In this document: piece by piece, positions 9,301 to 18,341 of the stretch
Layout: each line of letters starts with the position of its first letter
Position numbering within the stretch: the stretch's first letter is position 1
IMG/VR virus record: IMGVR_UViG_3300022407_007576
Coordinates: 1-25,898 of that record
DNA length: 25,898 bases
Strand: one strand, 5' to 3'
Source of the DNA: a virus
Taxonomy: Duplodnaviria > Caudoviricetes
Program-made: the position numbers and the translations under genes
The notes under the pieces: generated by a model
What the model was told of the DNA's origin: nothing
The model's input: only the letters and a program-made list of their open reading frames with translations
Database searches by the model: none

Positions 9301-10559
9301 TTGAATTTTTTAATAACACTTTCAATATATTTGAATACTTCTTCATTATAATGTGGAGCGGCACCTATAAAAAATACTTTATCTAACACCTTATTTGCTT
9401 CAGGGTATAAGTGGCTATTACCTAATTGTTTGTATCCTGGGTGTAATAAAATATTACCTGCAAAGTAATTTCGTGTTTGAATTTTGTTATCTTCTAAGTA
9501 TTGAACTAATCTATGTTTTAATCCTGGTTCTTCACATATAAATGGTGTTCCAAACCAACAAGGGTCAGCTTTGTCTAAAGTTTTAGGTACTCTAAGATTT
9601 GGAATATTATCTAAAAATATTTTTTCTAGACGTTCTTTAGAATTTTTTCTATTAATTTCAATTTCATCTAATTTTTCAAGTTGGACTATTCCAATTGCAC
9701 CTTGTAAGTCTAATGGTTTTAGATTGTAACCCATTTCAGAAAAGACATACTTATGGTCAATTATTCCATCGTAAGAGTCTAACCATTTATCAAATCGTTT
9801 ACCACAAGTACCACATGAAGCTAGGTTAGCTGCTCCTACACAGTAGCAATCTCTACCCCACCAAGCAATACTCATCATTAATTTCTTTAACTCTTCATCA
9901 TTAGTACAAATCATTCCACCTTCTCCTGTTGAAATGTGATGTGCTGGGTAAAATGAATTTGAAAATGCTATATAGTATTCATTTAGATATTTTCCATCCC
10001 ATTTTGAACCTAAACTATCGCAATTATCACCTATTAATTTTAGGTTGTATTTTTTAGCAATTTCCATAAGTCTATCCATATCTGGTGGATTACCTAATAC
10101 AGGAGATACAAATATAGCTTTTGTATTTGGGGTAATTTTAGCTTCTACTTTATCTAAATCAAAATTTAATGTTTCCCATTCAATATCAGCAAATTTGGGT
10201 ATTAATCTATTTTGGTAGATAACAGATATAGTAGTAGCAAATCCTACAGGAGATACAATTATTTCATCTCCTTCTGTCCAGTTGAATCTTCTTTTAAGAG
10301 CAGCTATTAATACTAAATTAGCAGATGATCCTGAGTTTACCATAAAGGAATATTTAGTATTAAATCTTTTAGAGAATTTTCTTTCAAATTTAAATACATT
10401 TTCACCTGTAGTAATCCATCTACCATGCAATATTGCGTTAACAGCAGCTTCTGTTTCTTGATGATCCCAATAAGGACCTGAATAGTATATAGGGGTTTCT
10501 CCAGGTATAAAATTTTTAGAATTATAAACGTATGGAGGGATGTGTTTTTCTTGAGTCAT
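9297..10559 (-). CDS. rfbH: CDP-4-keto-6-deoxyglucose 3-dehydrase (RfbH/DdhC, E1-type), DegT/DnrJ fold
   Basis: VNSGSSANL, DNCDSLGS, SFYPAHHISTGEGG (His in place of the PLP Lys), WGRDCYC...CGTCGKRF (Fe-S motif), HKYVFSEMGYNLKP, TRNYFAGN. Confidence 0.88.
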   Translation of the reverse strand: MTQEKHIPPYVYNSKNFIPGETPIYYSGPYWDHQETEAAVNAILHGRWITTGENVFKFERKFSKRFNTKYSFMVNSGSSANLVLIAALKRRFNWTEGDEIIVSPVGFATTISVIYQNRLIPKFADIEWETLNFDLDKVEAKITPNTKAIFVSPVLGNPPDMDRLMEIAKKYNLKLIGDNCDSLGSKWDGKYLNEYYIAFSNSFYPAHHISTGEGGMICTNDEELKKLMMSIAWWGRDCYCVGAANLASCGTCGKRFDKWLDSYDGIIDHKYVFSEMGYNLKPLDLQGAIGIVQLEKLDEIEINRKNSKERLEKIFLDNIPNLRVPKTLDKADPCWFGTPFICEEPGLKHRLVQYLEDNKIQTRNYFAGNILLHPGYKQLGNSHLYPEANKVLDKVFFIGAAPHYNEEVFKYIESVIKKFK

Positions 10560-10561
10560 AA

Positions 10562-11167
10562 TTAAAGATTATTATATATTATTCTGTCTTGATTTTTTAC
10601 TTCGTTAAATGTAGGAAGACCACTAGTTTGTTCAGAGTCACCTCTTAAAGCCCAATTGAAAAATTCATAATTTTGTTTTCCACTTCTTGTAAATATCCAA
10701 TCGTCTCCATAATGAATCTTAAGTTCATTTGGGATTTCAGTATATGATTTTTTATGAAAAAACATAGCAGCTCCATAACAATTAGGTCTTGCATTAGTAG
10801 GATTTAAATATACTCCTTCATCTTTTATTTCATGCCAACATGTCCAATGTGGTCCTATTATTCCCTTATCTTCGGTTATATGTTCATATAATAAACTTAT
10901 AATATCCCAATTTGAAACTACATCATCACTAGCTAAAAATATCTTATCATATTTTGATAATAATACTCCTTTATTCCAAGCAGGATTAACATAGATATTT
11001 TCAGGTTCTTTGATGTGAACAATTTTAGAAATATGGGTTAAATCTACATCTTGTAAAGAATTATCTATAACTATAATTTCACCTACATGTGAGTTAAGGG
11101 ATATTTGTTCTAAAGTACTAAGTGAGGTTTCAGGTTTCCACATGGTTGGCATTACTACTGAAATCAT
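10562..11167 (-). CDS. Glycosyltransferase family 2-like
   Basis: ISVVMPTMW, IIVIDNS, NIYVNPAWNKG, LASDD, YGDDW. Confidence 0.8.
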   Translation of the reverse strand: MISVVMPTMWKPETSLSTLEQISLNSHVGEIIVIDNSLQDVDLTHISKIVHIKEPENIYVNPAWNKGVLLSKYDKIFLASDDVVSNWDIISLLYEHITEDKGIIGPHWTCWHEIKDEGVYLNPTNARPNCYGAAMFFHKKSYTEIPNELKIHYGDDWIFTRSGKQNYEFFNWALRGDSEQTSGLPTFNEVKNQDRIIYNNL

Positions 11168-11967
11168 ATTCTATATAAGTTTTTAATTTGTTCTAAGTTA
11201 ATATTATCCATTACAAATTTTGAATCTTCCATAGTTTCATCAAATGAATAACCAATGAGTTCTCTTTGTTCTTTAACATGCTCATTATCTTCTTTCATAT
11301 TAATTCCTTGAGCATGTGATACTTGATTTTCATGTTGTCTCCATAAAAATATAGCATCTTCACATTTTTTTAGATTTTTAATTTTATGTAGAAAAACAGT
11401 ATATAACCATTCAAAATCACAATTCCATTTTTCTCTATAATCTAATATACCACTATTTAAAATAGTATCTTTCCTAATAATAGTTGAATGACACATCCAA
11501 GGTATTAAATACCCTACAGAATTAACAGATAATTCATTAATTCTCATGCTATCACCACTTGTAATTTCATTATTATCATTAATTAAAAATACCTTACTCC
11601 AACATCCATCTAAATCATTTTCTTCAATAAAAGTAATTTGATTTAAAGCTTTATTACTTTCCCAAAGATCATCATAATGAAGAAATGAAACATATTGTGA
11701 ATCATACTTTTCCCAACATCTGAATATCTTACCCCAAATTCCTTCTTTAGTAAAATAGGAATATTCAGGAAACCATTCAACATTTACACCTGTATCTTTT
11801 AATACCTGTTTACATTCATCTGATATATTTTCATCAGCTGCTACTGTAATTAGGATAGTATCTAAGGTTTGTTCGTTTAAGCTTTCTATACCATTTAATA
11901 AAAATTCAGGTATAGGTGTCCCAGGTGAACTTACTCCAATTGGTATTACTACATGTAATCTATACAT
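11164..11967 (-). CDS. Glycosyltransferase family 2-like
   Basis: LHVVIP, SLNEQT, FLHYDDLW, DFEW, WRQHENQVS. Confidence 0.8.
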   Translation of the reverse strand: MYRLHVVIPIGVSSPGTPIPEFLLNGIESLNEQTLDTILITVAADENISDECKQVLKDTGVNVEWFPEYSYFTKEGIWGKIFRCWEKYDSQYVSFLHYDDLWESNKALNQITFIEENDLDGCWSKVFLINDNNEITSGDSMRINELSVNSVGYLIPWMCHSTIIRKDTILNSGILDYREKWNCDFEWLYTVFLHKIKNLKKCEDAIFLWRQHENQVSHAQGINMKEDNEHVKEQRELIGYSFDETMEDSKFVMDNINLEQIKNLYRI

Positions 11968-13312
11968 AATGTTCTAAATAATAATTTAAATCTTCTGGGG
12001 TTCCTAATCCCCACATTGCTTTTGTATTGAATGTTCTGATTTGTTTGCAGTCTCCTATAGCTTCATTAAATACAGGACAAACGTAAAATTCATTATTTAC
12101 TCTAATATCTTTTTTAATCATTTGTTCTGCGTATTTTACAAAATCAGATCCATTTTTCCAGTAATAATAGCCTACTGTTGCAATATCAGAGATTGGGTTT
12201 TTTTCTGCTACTTCCGTTACTAACCCATTATCATCAACTTTAGCAAATGACCATTTAGGGTGTGTAGCTGTAAATGTAACTATACCACCATCGGCATCAG
12301 TTTCTTGCATTTTATACATAAACTCATTTGAATCCCATTCTACAAATTGGTCTGAATTAGCAAAGAATAAAGGTGCATTATTATTTATGAATTCTTTGGC
12401 TAATAATGCAGTACAAGCTGCTCCTTCAGTTAATCCTTCAGTTTCTACAATTTTACATCCAGGTGTAATTAGGTTTAATAAAGTATCTAAATTATATTTT
12501 TGTCTGTGAGATTTTTGTACTACATAAATGTAATTTGCTTCTAGATTTAAGTTTTCTACTACAACTTGAATCATAGGTTTACCTTTCACTTCAATAAGGG
12601 GTTTTGGGAAAGTGTATCCGGCTTGTTCAAATCGTGAACCAGCTCCAGCCATAGGAATTAAAACATTTAGTTTTTCGTCTTTCCATTTAGGTGTTAAATT
12701 CATTTTTTCTTGGTTTAAATATTTATTTATATTATTATACGAAACATCTTTTGGGGATCCAACTCTCATTACAAAGGCTTTACTACGAGAAGCTGCTAAT
12801 AAACCATAGGGTGAATCTTCTACTATTAAAGTTTCTTCAGGTAAATACCCAAGTTTACTCATAGCTGACCAATATATTTCAGGATGGGGTTTACTACTAA
12901 TTACATCTTCATTTGATAATATTAAATCAAAACGATCAATTATATCAAATTTAGATAAAACAGTTAATACAGTTTTTCTAATACTATTAGAACATACTGC
13001 TAATTTAAAACCTTCTTGAATCAAGAGATCCATACAAACCTGTAATTGAGGATTTGGTTTTAAGTTTGATAAGGCTTTTAAAGTATATTTTTGTTTATCA
13101 TCCCAAACTTTTTTATAAAGTTTAGTAGGTAATCCTTTATCTTGAGTTAGCATTTCAAGTTTTTGATTAGTTTTTAAACCATCATACCTACTTAAATGTT
13201 CGTTCCAAGATATTTCATACTTAGGTCCTAATGCTTCATTTAATGCTTCAAAATGAATATTTTTAGCTTCTACTAAAACTCCATCTAAATCAAATATAAT
13301 TAATTTTATCAT
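11960..13312 (-). CDS. HAD phosphatase fused to a sugar-phosphate nucleotidyltransferase-like domain
   Basis: N-terminal FDLDGVL, CSNS, KPHPEIY and EDSPYG (HAD motifs I-IV). C-terminal IPMAGAGSRF...PKPLI, VAEK, EFYVCP and GLGTPEDL (NTP transferase). Confidence 0.88.
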   Translation of the reverse strand: MIKLIIFDLDGVLVEAKNIHFEALNEALGPKYEISWNEHLSRYDGLKTNQKLEMLTQDKGLPTKLYKKVWDDKQKYTLKALSNLKPNPQLQVCMDLLIQEGFKLAVCSNSIRKTVLTVLSKFDIIDRFDLILSNEDVISSKPHPEIYWSAMSKLGYLPEETLIVEDSPYGLLAASRSKAFVMRVGSPKDVSYNNINKYLNQEKMNLTPKWKDEKLNVLIPMAGAGSRFEQAGYTFPKPLIEVKGKPMIQVVVENLNLEANYIYVVQKSHRQKYNLDTLLNLITPGCKIVETEGLTEGAACTALLAKEFINNNAPLFFANSDQFVEWDSNEFMYKMQETDADGGIVTFTATHPKWSFAKVDDNGLVTEVAEKNPISDIATVGYYYWKNGSDFVKYAEQMIKKDIRVNNEFYVCPVFNEAIGDCKQIRTFNTKAMWGLGTPEDLNYYLEHYV

Positions 13313-13932
13313 AATGTATCGTAGTAATTATTTTGTTTTTCTTGTCTATCAATTGTTTTTGGATGATATAAAGAATAATCCTCCTCCATAGGTAGAGTTG
13401 TATAAGTTTTAAATCCTTCTAATACTTCATGTACTTTATTTTTCCATTTTATACTAGGAGTGTTTCTATAAATTCTCCATTGATAATCTGGCCAATTAAC
13501 CCATCCTTCCGAATTTACATTCCATCTCCATTTCTGAATATGTTCTTGTGTTAAACCTTCTACAGTATTAACTCTAGGGACTAATAGTACATCTAATTCG
13601 GGATTTGATTCTAAAATAAAAGGTAAAGATTCTATAATAGGTGTACAAGGAATTTCATCAGCATCTATTTGAAAGATAAAATCTCCTAAGCATATTTTAG
13701 AAAATTTATTCTTCCAATCAGCAAAATGTCCTTTAAATTCAGATTCAATTAAAAGTATTTGATTTAAAGAGGAATACTCTTTAAGAGTGTTTTGTAACTC
13801 TTGAGACATTTTAGGACTATCTGCTAGTACTACTATCTCGTCTTGTTCTCGTTTGTTTGAAAGGAGGAAGTTGACTAGTCTTTTCACTTCCTCCAATTCA
13901 TTACAAACTGTTATTGCATAACTTATTTTCAT
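13309..13932 (-). CDS. Glycosyltransferase family 2
   Basis: ISYAITVCNE, FQIDADE (DxD), PDYQWRIY, VHE. Confidence 0.88.
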   Translation of the reverse strand: MKISYAITVCNELEEVKRLVNFLLSNKREQDEIVVLADSPKMSQELQNTLKEYSSLNQILLIESEFKGHFADWKNKFSKICLGDFIFQIDADEIPCTPIIESLPFILESNPELDVLLVPRVNTVEGLTQEHIQKWRWNVNSEGWVNWPDYQWRIYRNTPSIKWKNKVHEVLEGFKTYTTLPMEEDYSLYHPKTIDRQEKQNNYYDTL

Positions 13933-13936
13933 TTTT

Positions 13937-14389
13937 TTAGTTATAAAAACCTATATAATCTAATGCTTCAATAAAATCGTTTTGGGAATGATTTTTTAAA
14001 GATTTAATATCAGTTTTATGAGTATAATACTCTTCAGTACCAGGTATTTTAAATTTACCTTTTTCTTCATCGCTTACTTCAACTGCTTTTATACCTGCCC
14101 ATTGCCAATTATCTTTATGAGTACCGTTAGCAAATACTGTTCCTTTTTCTTGAATATTAATAGTTATTGGGTACCAAACTCTTTTTTTATCATCTACTGA
14201 TTTGATATCTTTGTAAAGTTCAGGTAGGGTTTCTTCATAGGTTTCAAAATCAAATTCACCTTCTTTCATTAGATCATTTGTTTGAAAACCACATCCAAAA
14301 CAAAAATAATTGTTTTTAGTTTCATTTACAGGAGTGACATAGCAAGCATCACTCTCGCAACGTGGACATATAGATAGTTTATCTTTCAT
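13937..14389 (-). CDS. Hypothetical protein with N-terminal zinc ribbon
   Basis: CPRCESDAC...CFGCG. Confidence 0.7.
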   Translation of the reverse strand: MKDKLSICPRCESDACYVTPVNETKNNYFCFGCGFQTNDLMKEGEFDFETYEETLPELYKDIKSVDDKKRVWYPITINIQEKGTVFANGTHKDNWQWAGIKAVEVSDEEKGKFKIPGTEEYYTHKTDIKSLKNHSQNDFIEALDYIGFYN

Positions 14390-14390
14390 T

Positions 14391-15698
14391 TTATTCTACT
14401 TTTTTTAATTTAGGTAACTCAACCTTTTTCAATTGAGGTAATTTTAATTGAATTTGTTTTGGTAACTCGGGTACATTAGAATTTAATATTATATCTAATT
14501 TTTCTTGCATTTTCTCAAATGAGAAATTAGTTTTACAATAGTGAGCTAAACGTTTACCATTATCTTGGTATTTTTTATAATTATCAAAATAATCTCTTAA
14601 TAACCCCCCAGCAAATCCATAATCAACTGTAAACCATTGAGATCCTTCAATTAACATATCAGGAACTTGTGCTGATGGATGGATATTGTTTAAAGTACCT
14701 GGGATTAATGAAGTAAATTCAGGATTTAAGAAGTCTAATTGACCACTCCAATTTGAAGCAATTACTGGTTTTTTAGTTTGAGTAAATTCAAGTAATGGTC
14801 GGCCGAATCCTTCACCTTTAGTAAAACTAACCATTGCTTTTATTTTTGAATGATTATATAATTGGTTTACTTCATCATCTGATATTTCACCATGGAATAG
14901 GTAAATGTTAGGTAGATTTTTAGTAGGTATAGAATGTCTTATAGCATCTATTTTCTTTAAAATATTATCTCTATCTATAATACTAGTAGGACCAGACATG
15001 GTTTTTAATATAAGGGCAGGTTTTTTAGATTTATTCTTAAATGCTTCTAAAAATACTCTAACTAAACCACCTACATCTTTTCTATCTTGTCCCCAATCAC
15101 CTTGCAACCAATGACCTACAAATAAGAATGCAAAGTCTTCTTTTACAATATCTAAGGCTTGTTTTATTTCAGAAGCAGGTGTTAAGGCCGCAGGAAAATA
15201 TTTAGTAATGTCTATCCCTTCAAATAATACTTCAATTGGTGATGTCAATTCTATATTACCAATAACTTGCTTAGTTCTTTCGTCTTGTTTTTGGAATTTA
15301 GAATCTTGAAATACTTTTTTAGCATGTTCTGAAGATACTAAATTTAAACTCATTCTATTTAACCCTTCAATCCATTGTGGAGCACAAATTGTAGTTTCAA
15401 TACCTGCTGTAATCCCTATATTAAATTTACCAATAGGTTGAAATTCATTTGGTACTGTGATTTGTGCCCAAATATCAGGTTGTTGAGTCATTTGACCTGG
15501 GAGAATATGAGGTTGTAAAAATCCCCATTCTTCAGGATGATCTTCAATAAATCCCCAAGGTGTATTACCCCAACGTTGAGGTAAAATTTTAACGTCATAT
15601 TTGTCTAAATTAATTAACGCTTTAACTAAATCTCTACTGCGAGAACCATATCCGCTGTAAGTGTCAATTGGACAACTTATTACAAATGTATTTTTCAT
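14391..15698 (-). CDS. Glycosyltransferase family 4 (GT-B)
   Basis: SGYG, FLFVGHW, RKD, and GEGFGRPLLEF...PVIASNWSG (Ex7E motif). Confidence 0.88.
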   Translation of the reverse strand: MKNTFVISCPIDTYSGYGSRSRDLVKALINLDKYDVKILPQRWGNTPWGFIEDHPEEWGFLQPHILPGQMTQQPDIWAQITVPNEFQPIGKFNIGITAGIETTICAPQWIEGLNRMSLNLVSSEHAKKVFQDSKFQKQDERTKQVIGNIELTSPIEVLFEGIDITKYFPAALTPASEIKQALDIVKEDFAFLFVGHWLQGDWGQDRKDVGGLVRVFLEAFKNKSKKPALILKTMSGPTSIIDRDNILKKIDAIRHSIPTKNLPNIYLFHGEISDDEVNQLYNHSKIKAMVSFTKGEGFGRPLLEFTQTKKPVIASNWSGQLDFLNPEFTSLIPGTLNNIHPSAQVPDMLIEGSQWFTVDYGFAGGLLRDYFDNYKKYQDNGKRLAHYCKTNFSFEKMQEKLDIILNSNVPELPKQIQLKLPQLKKVELPKLKKVE

Positions 15699-15707
15699 TT
15701 TATCTTA

Positions 15708-17132
15708 TTAATACGTTAATTTATGAACTAATTCTAGGGGTTCCAAATCTTCTATCTTAAAAAATTCAAAGGATTTTTTAGGGGTAAATGTTTTTAAAGT
15801 TAAATCAATATCCTTAATAACATTATTACACATCATTCTAGCTGACATTCCTGATTCATCTGATGTTACCCATTCTCTAGCGGCTAACCCATTCTCTTTT
15901 CTAGTTTCAGGAGACATTTCATAAACTTGTTGAATAGCTAAAGCTAATTCTCTAAAATCTAATTTATCATCCCAAATATAAGGAGTAATTGGTGAACCTA
16001 CTAATGACATATTATTTGGAAATACAGGTACCGCCCATTTACCACATTTTTTATACTTACCAAAGTGATTTGATGGAAACTCTTTAGTTAATTCTACCCA
16101 TTTTCCATTTTCATCTTCAAAACGCATTTGATCCTGCATACCACCGGTTACATTGGCTATAATCATTTTACCAGCCATCATTGCTTCAGTTAATGCTAAC
16201 CCCCATCCTTCATTTGAAGTAGGTAATACAGTTACATCAGCAATGTTATATAACTTATTCAATTCTTGAGTATCAATTCTACCATCTGAAAATATTATAT
16301 TTGAGTTTTTACCAAATAATAATTCTCTAACTGCATATAAATCTGTACCATTATTGTCTACAGGTTGGGTGTGTAGTATTAAAGCTATTTTATCTGCTTT
16401 TTCTTTAGGTAAAGTATCTAAGAATAATTTATGAGCTGCTAATAAATCACTAATACACTTTCTTCTAATATTTCTTGAGTTAAAGAATAATACAAAATCA
16501 AATTCTTTGTCTCCAAATAATCTTTTTTTAGTTTCTTTTAATTCATCTTTACTTTCAATTGGGAAGAACATTTTTTCATTTATACCATGTGGCACATAAG
16601 AAATAACTTTACCATCTGCTCTTTTACCTAAAACCATTTCATTAATGTTTTTGGTTTGTTTTGAAATAGCTAATAAGGCATCACATGATTCGTAAAATGC
16701 TCTGTTATAAAGTGGAGCTGGTAGATCATCCCAAATATTTAAGTAAATCATTGGGATTTGTTTTCTTACTTCATTTTCAATGGCAAATAACCAATCATAA
16801 TATCTTGGATCTGTAAAGAACATTAAACCATCAGGTTTTTCATTCTTTATCATATATCTAATTAAATCTGAATTACCATATCCATTATTAGGGTATATAA
16901 TAACGTTTGAGTCGGTATTACCTGTTTCTTTGTTAGTAGCATCAGATAAATCCATTCTTTGTCCTGCTTCAGGATGATCAATAGCAGCTCCAATTACTAT
17001 CCAATTATAGTGGTGAGCAGTACCTAAAACTATTTCTCGAGCCATTGTAGCAACACCCGAGTGCATTCTGATATCATCACAGATGAATAATATCTTTTTT
17101 CGTTGTTCTTTTGGTATATAACCTTCTTTCAT
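15708..17132 (-). CDS. Glycosyltransferase family 4 (GT-B)
   Basis: HSGVA, VPHGI, RNIRRK, and NEGWGLALTEAMMAG (Ex7E motif). Confidence 0.9.
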   Translation of the reverse strand: MKEGYIPKEQRKKILFICDDIRMHSGVATMAREIVLGTAHHYNWIVIGAAIDHPEAGQRMDLSDATNKETGNTDSNVIIYPNNGYGNSDLIRYMIKNEKPDGLMFFTDPRYYDWLFAIENEVRKQIPMIYLNIWDDLPAPLYNRAFYESCDALLAISKQTKNINEMVLGKRADGKVISYVPHGINEKMFFPIESKDELKETKKRLFGDKEFDFVLFFNSRNIRRKCISDLLAAHKLFLDTLPKEKADKIALILHTQPVDNNGTDLYAVRELLFGKNSNIIFSDGRIDTQELNKLYNIADVTVLPTSNEGWGLALTEAMMAGKMIIANVTGGMQDQMRFEDENGKWVELTKEFPSNHFGKYKKCGKWAVPVFPNNMSLVGSPITPYIWDDKLDFRELALAIQQVYEMSPETRKENGLAAREWVTSDESGMSARMMCNNVIKDIDLTLKTFTPKKSFEFFKIEDLEPLELVHKLTY

Positions 17133-17137
17133 AAATT

Positions 17138-17326
17138 TTATTTTTCTAATTCTAAATTCATATGATTATGAACTAATTTTTGGAATTCGGGATCTGTTAA
17201 GTATAGATGCATACATCTATCTGCTAGTTTTTGTAATGAGAACTTAGTTTTAATTGTCTCGATTTTAAATGCTTCGAAGATATCTTTATCTACTTTTACA
17301 CTTGTTAGTTGTTGATTTTGTGACAT
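17138..17326 (-). CDS. Small ribbon-helix-helix-like DNA-binding protein
   Basis: 62 aa. LTSVKVDKDIFEAFK...SLQKLADRCMHLY has the alternating beta-strand plus two-helix pattern of Arc/CopG-type proteins. Confidence 0.55.
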   Translation of the reverse strand: MSQNQQLTSVKVDKDIFEAFKIETIKTKFSLQKLADRCMHLYLTDPEFQKLVHNHMNLELEK

Positions 17327-17352
17327 AATTATTTATTTATATTGTTAACATA

Positions 17353-17361
17353 TATAAATAT
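17353..17361 (-). promoter_or_regulatory. ATATTTATA motif (candidate phage late promoter) heading the glycosylation island
   Basis: Located in the 43-bp gap upstream of the RHH-like gene. Confidence 0.5.
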
Positions 17362-17369
17362 ATTAATAT

Positions 17370-18341
17370 CTAATAAAATTTAAAGGATTGTTTAACTTCC
17401 TCATTCTTATTACACAAATCAGGATTATTACTGTAAGGGCAAAAGTGACAATTATGTTTACTTGGTTTTTTCTCTAACTCTACAGGATTATAAGTACCTT
17501 CATCTGTGAATACTTGAGTTAAAAAATTCTCTAATAATTGTGTTGATTTATTTATTTTTACCTTACCAGAAGCTGGTTTGTATTCTTGGATACGTTTTTG
17601 TGGGAAATCACCTTCTTCGTATACTTTTCTTCGAGTAATAAAATATTCTACCTCGATATTATCAACAGGAAAGTTGTATTGTTCAGCAAAAAATTTTTTG
17701 TAAAGGATTAATTGAGACATTTTAACTTCATCCTTTTTTTCTTTATCACCCCAACCTCTTGTTGAAGTTTTAATATCAAGAATTTTAATAGTATTTGTTG
17801 GTTCATGATAAAACACTACGTCTAAAAACCCATTAAATAAAACATTATTTAGTTTCTTAATAGGATTTAAAACAATAGGTACTTCACAACCTACTAGGTA
17901 CCATCCTCTTTTGGAAAAATAAGCACCTTTTTTCTTTTTAATATAATCTAAAATCTGGATACCATCATCACAGAATTCAGCTAATTCAGCAGCATTTGAG
18001 AAATGAATGTTTTTGTTCTTTTTATAAAATTCTTGATATTCTTCTCTCAGTGCATTCTTAAATTCAGTTTCTATATCTAATCTATCAGCCGCGGCTCCAC
18101 TTTCTTCATAAAATATTGTTAGGTAATGTTGAAGAGCACGATGTAAGGCAGTACCAAATACAGCGTGTATACTTGGTTCAAAAACCTTATATCCATCTCT
18201 ATACTTCAATCCCCAATGAAAAGGGCAAGTTGAAAATATACTTAATTGAGAATAAGATATAGATTTATGAAAAGCATAATTTATCTCAGGTACATTTACC
18301 TTTTTAAATTCTTTTAATATTGAAGGGAGTTTTTTAGCCAA
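17370..18341 (-). CDS. PD-(D/E)xK nuclease, Cas4/AddB/RecB-like with predicted Fe-S cluster
   Basis: ISYSQL..F.TCP, FGTALH, E..., GFLD...ILDIKT, QLILY and C-terminal CHFCPY.....C (1+3 Cys arrangement). Confidence 0.85.
   Translation of the reverse strand: MAKKLPSILKEFKKVNVPEINYAFHKSISYSQLSIFSTCPFHWGLKYRDGYKVFEPSIHAVFGTALHRALQHYLTIFYEESGAAADRLDIETEFKNALREEYQEFYKKNKNIHFSNAAELAEFCDDGIQILDYIKKKKGAYFSKRGWYLVGCEVPIVLNPIKKLNNVLFNGFLDVVFYHEPTNTIKILDIKTSTRGWGDKEKKDEVKMSQLILYKKFFAEQYNFPVDNIEVEYFITRRKVYEEGDFPQKRIQEYKPASGKVKINKSTQLLENFLTQVFTDEGTYNPVELEKKPSKHNCHFCPYSNNPDLCNKNEEVKQSFKFY

Noticed and set aside
2767-17132. Cellular O-antigen or capsule locus
   Set aside because: There are no transport, polymerase or chain-length genes, and the flanks (PolB, gp45/gp44/gp62-like, DUF3310-like) are phage-type. 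A cellular origin cannot be fully excluded from this window alone.
17370-18341. CRISPR-Cas system suggested by the Cas4-like gene
   Set aside because: No repeat-spacer array or other cas genes are in the window, and intergenic gaps are too short to hold an array.
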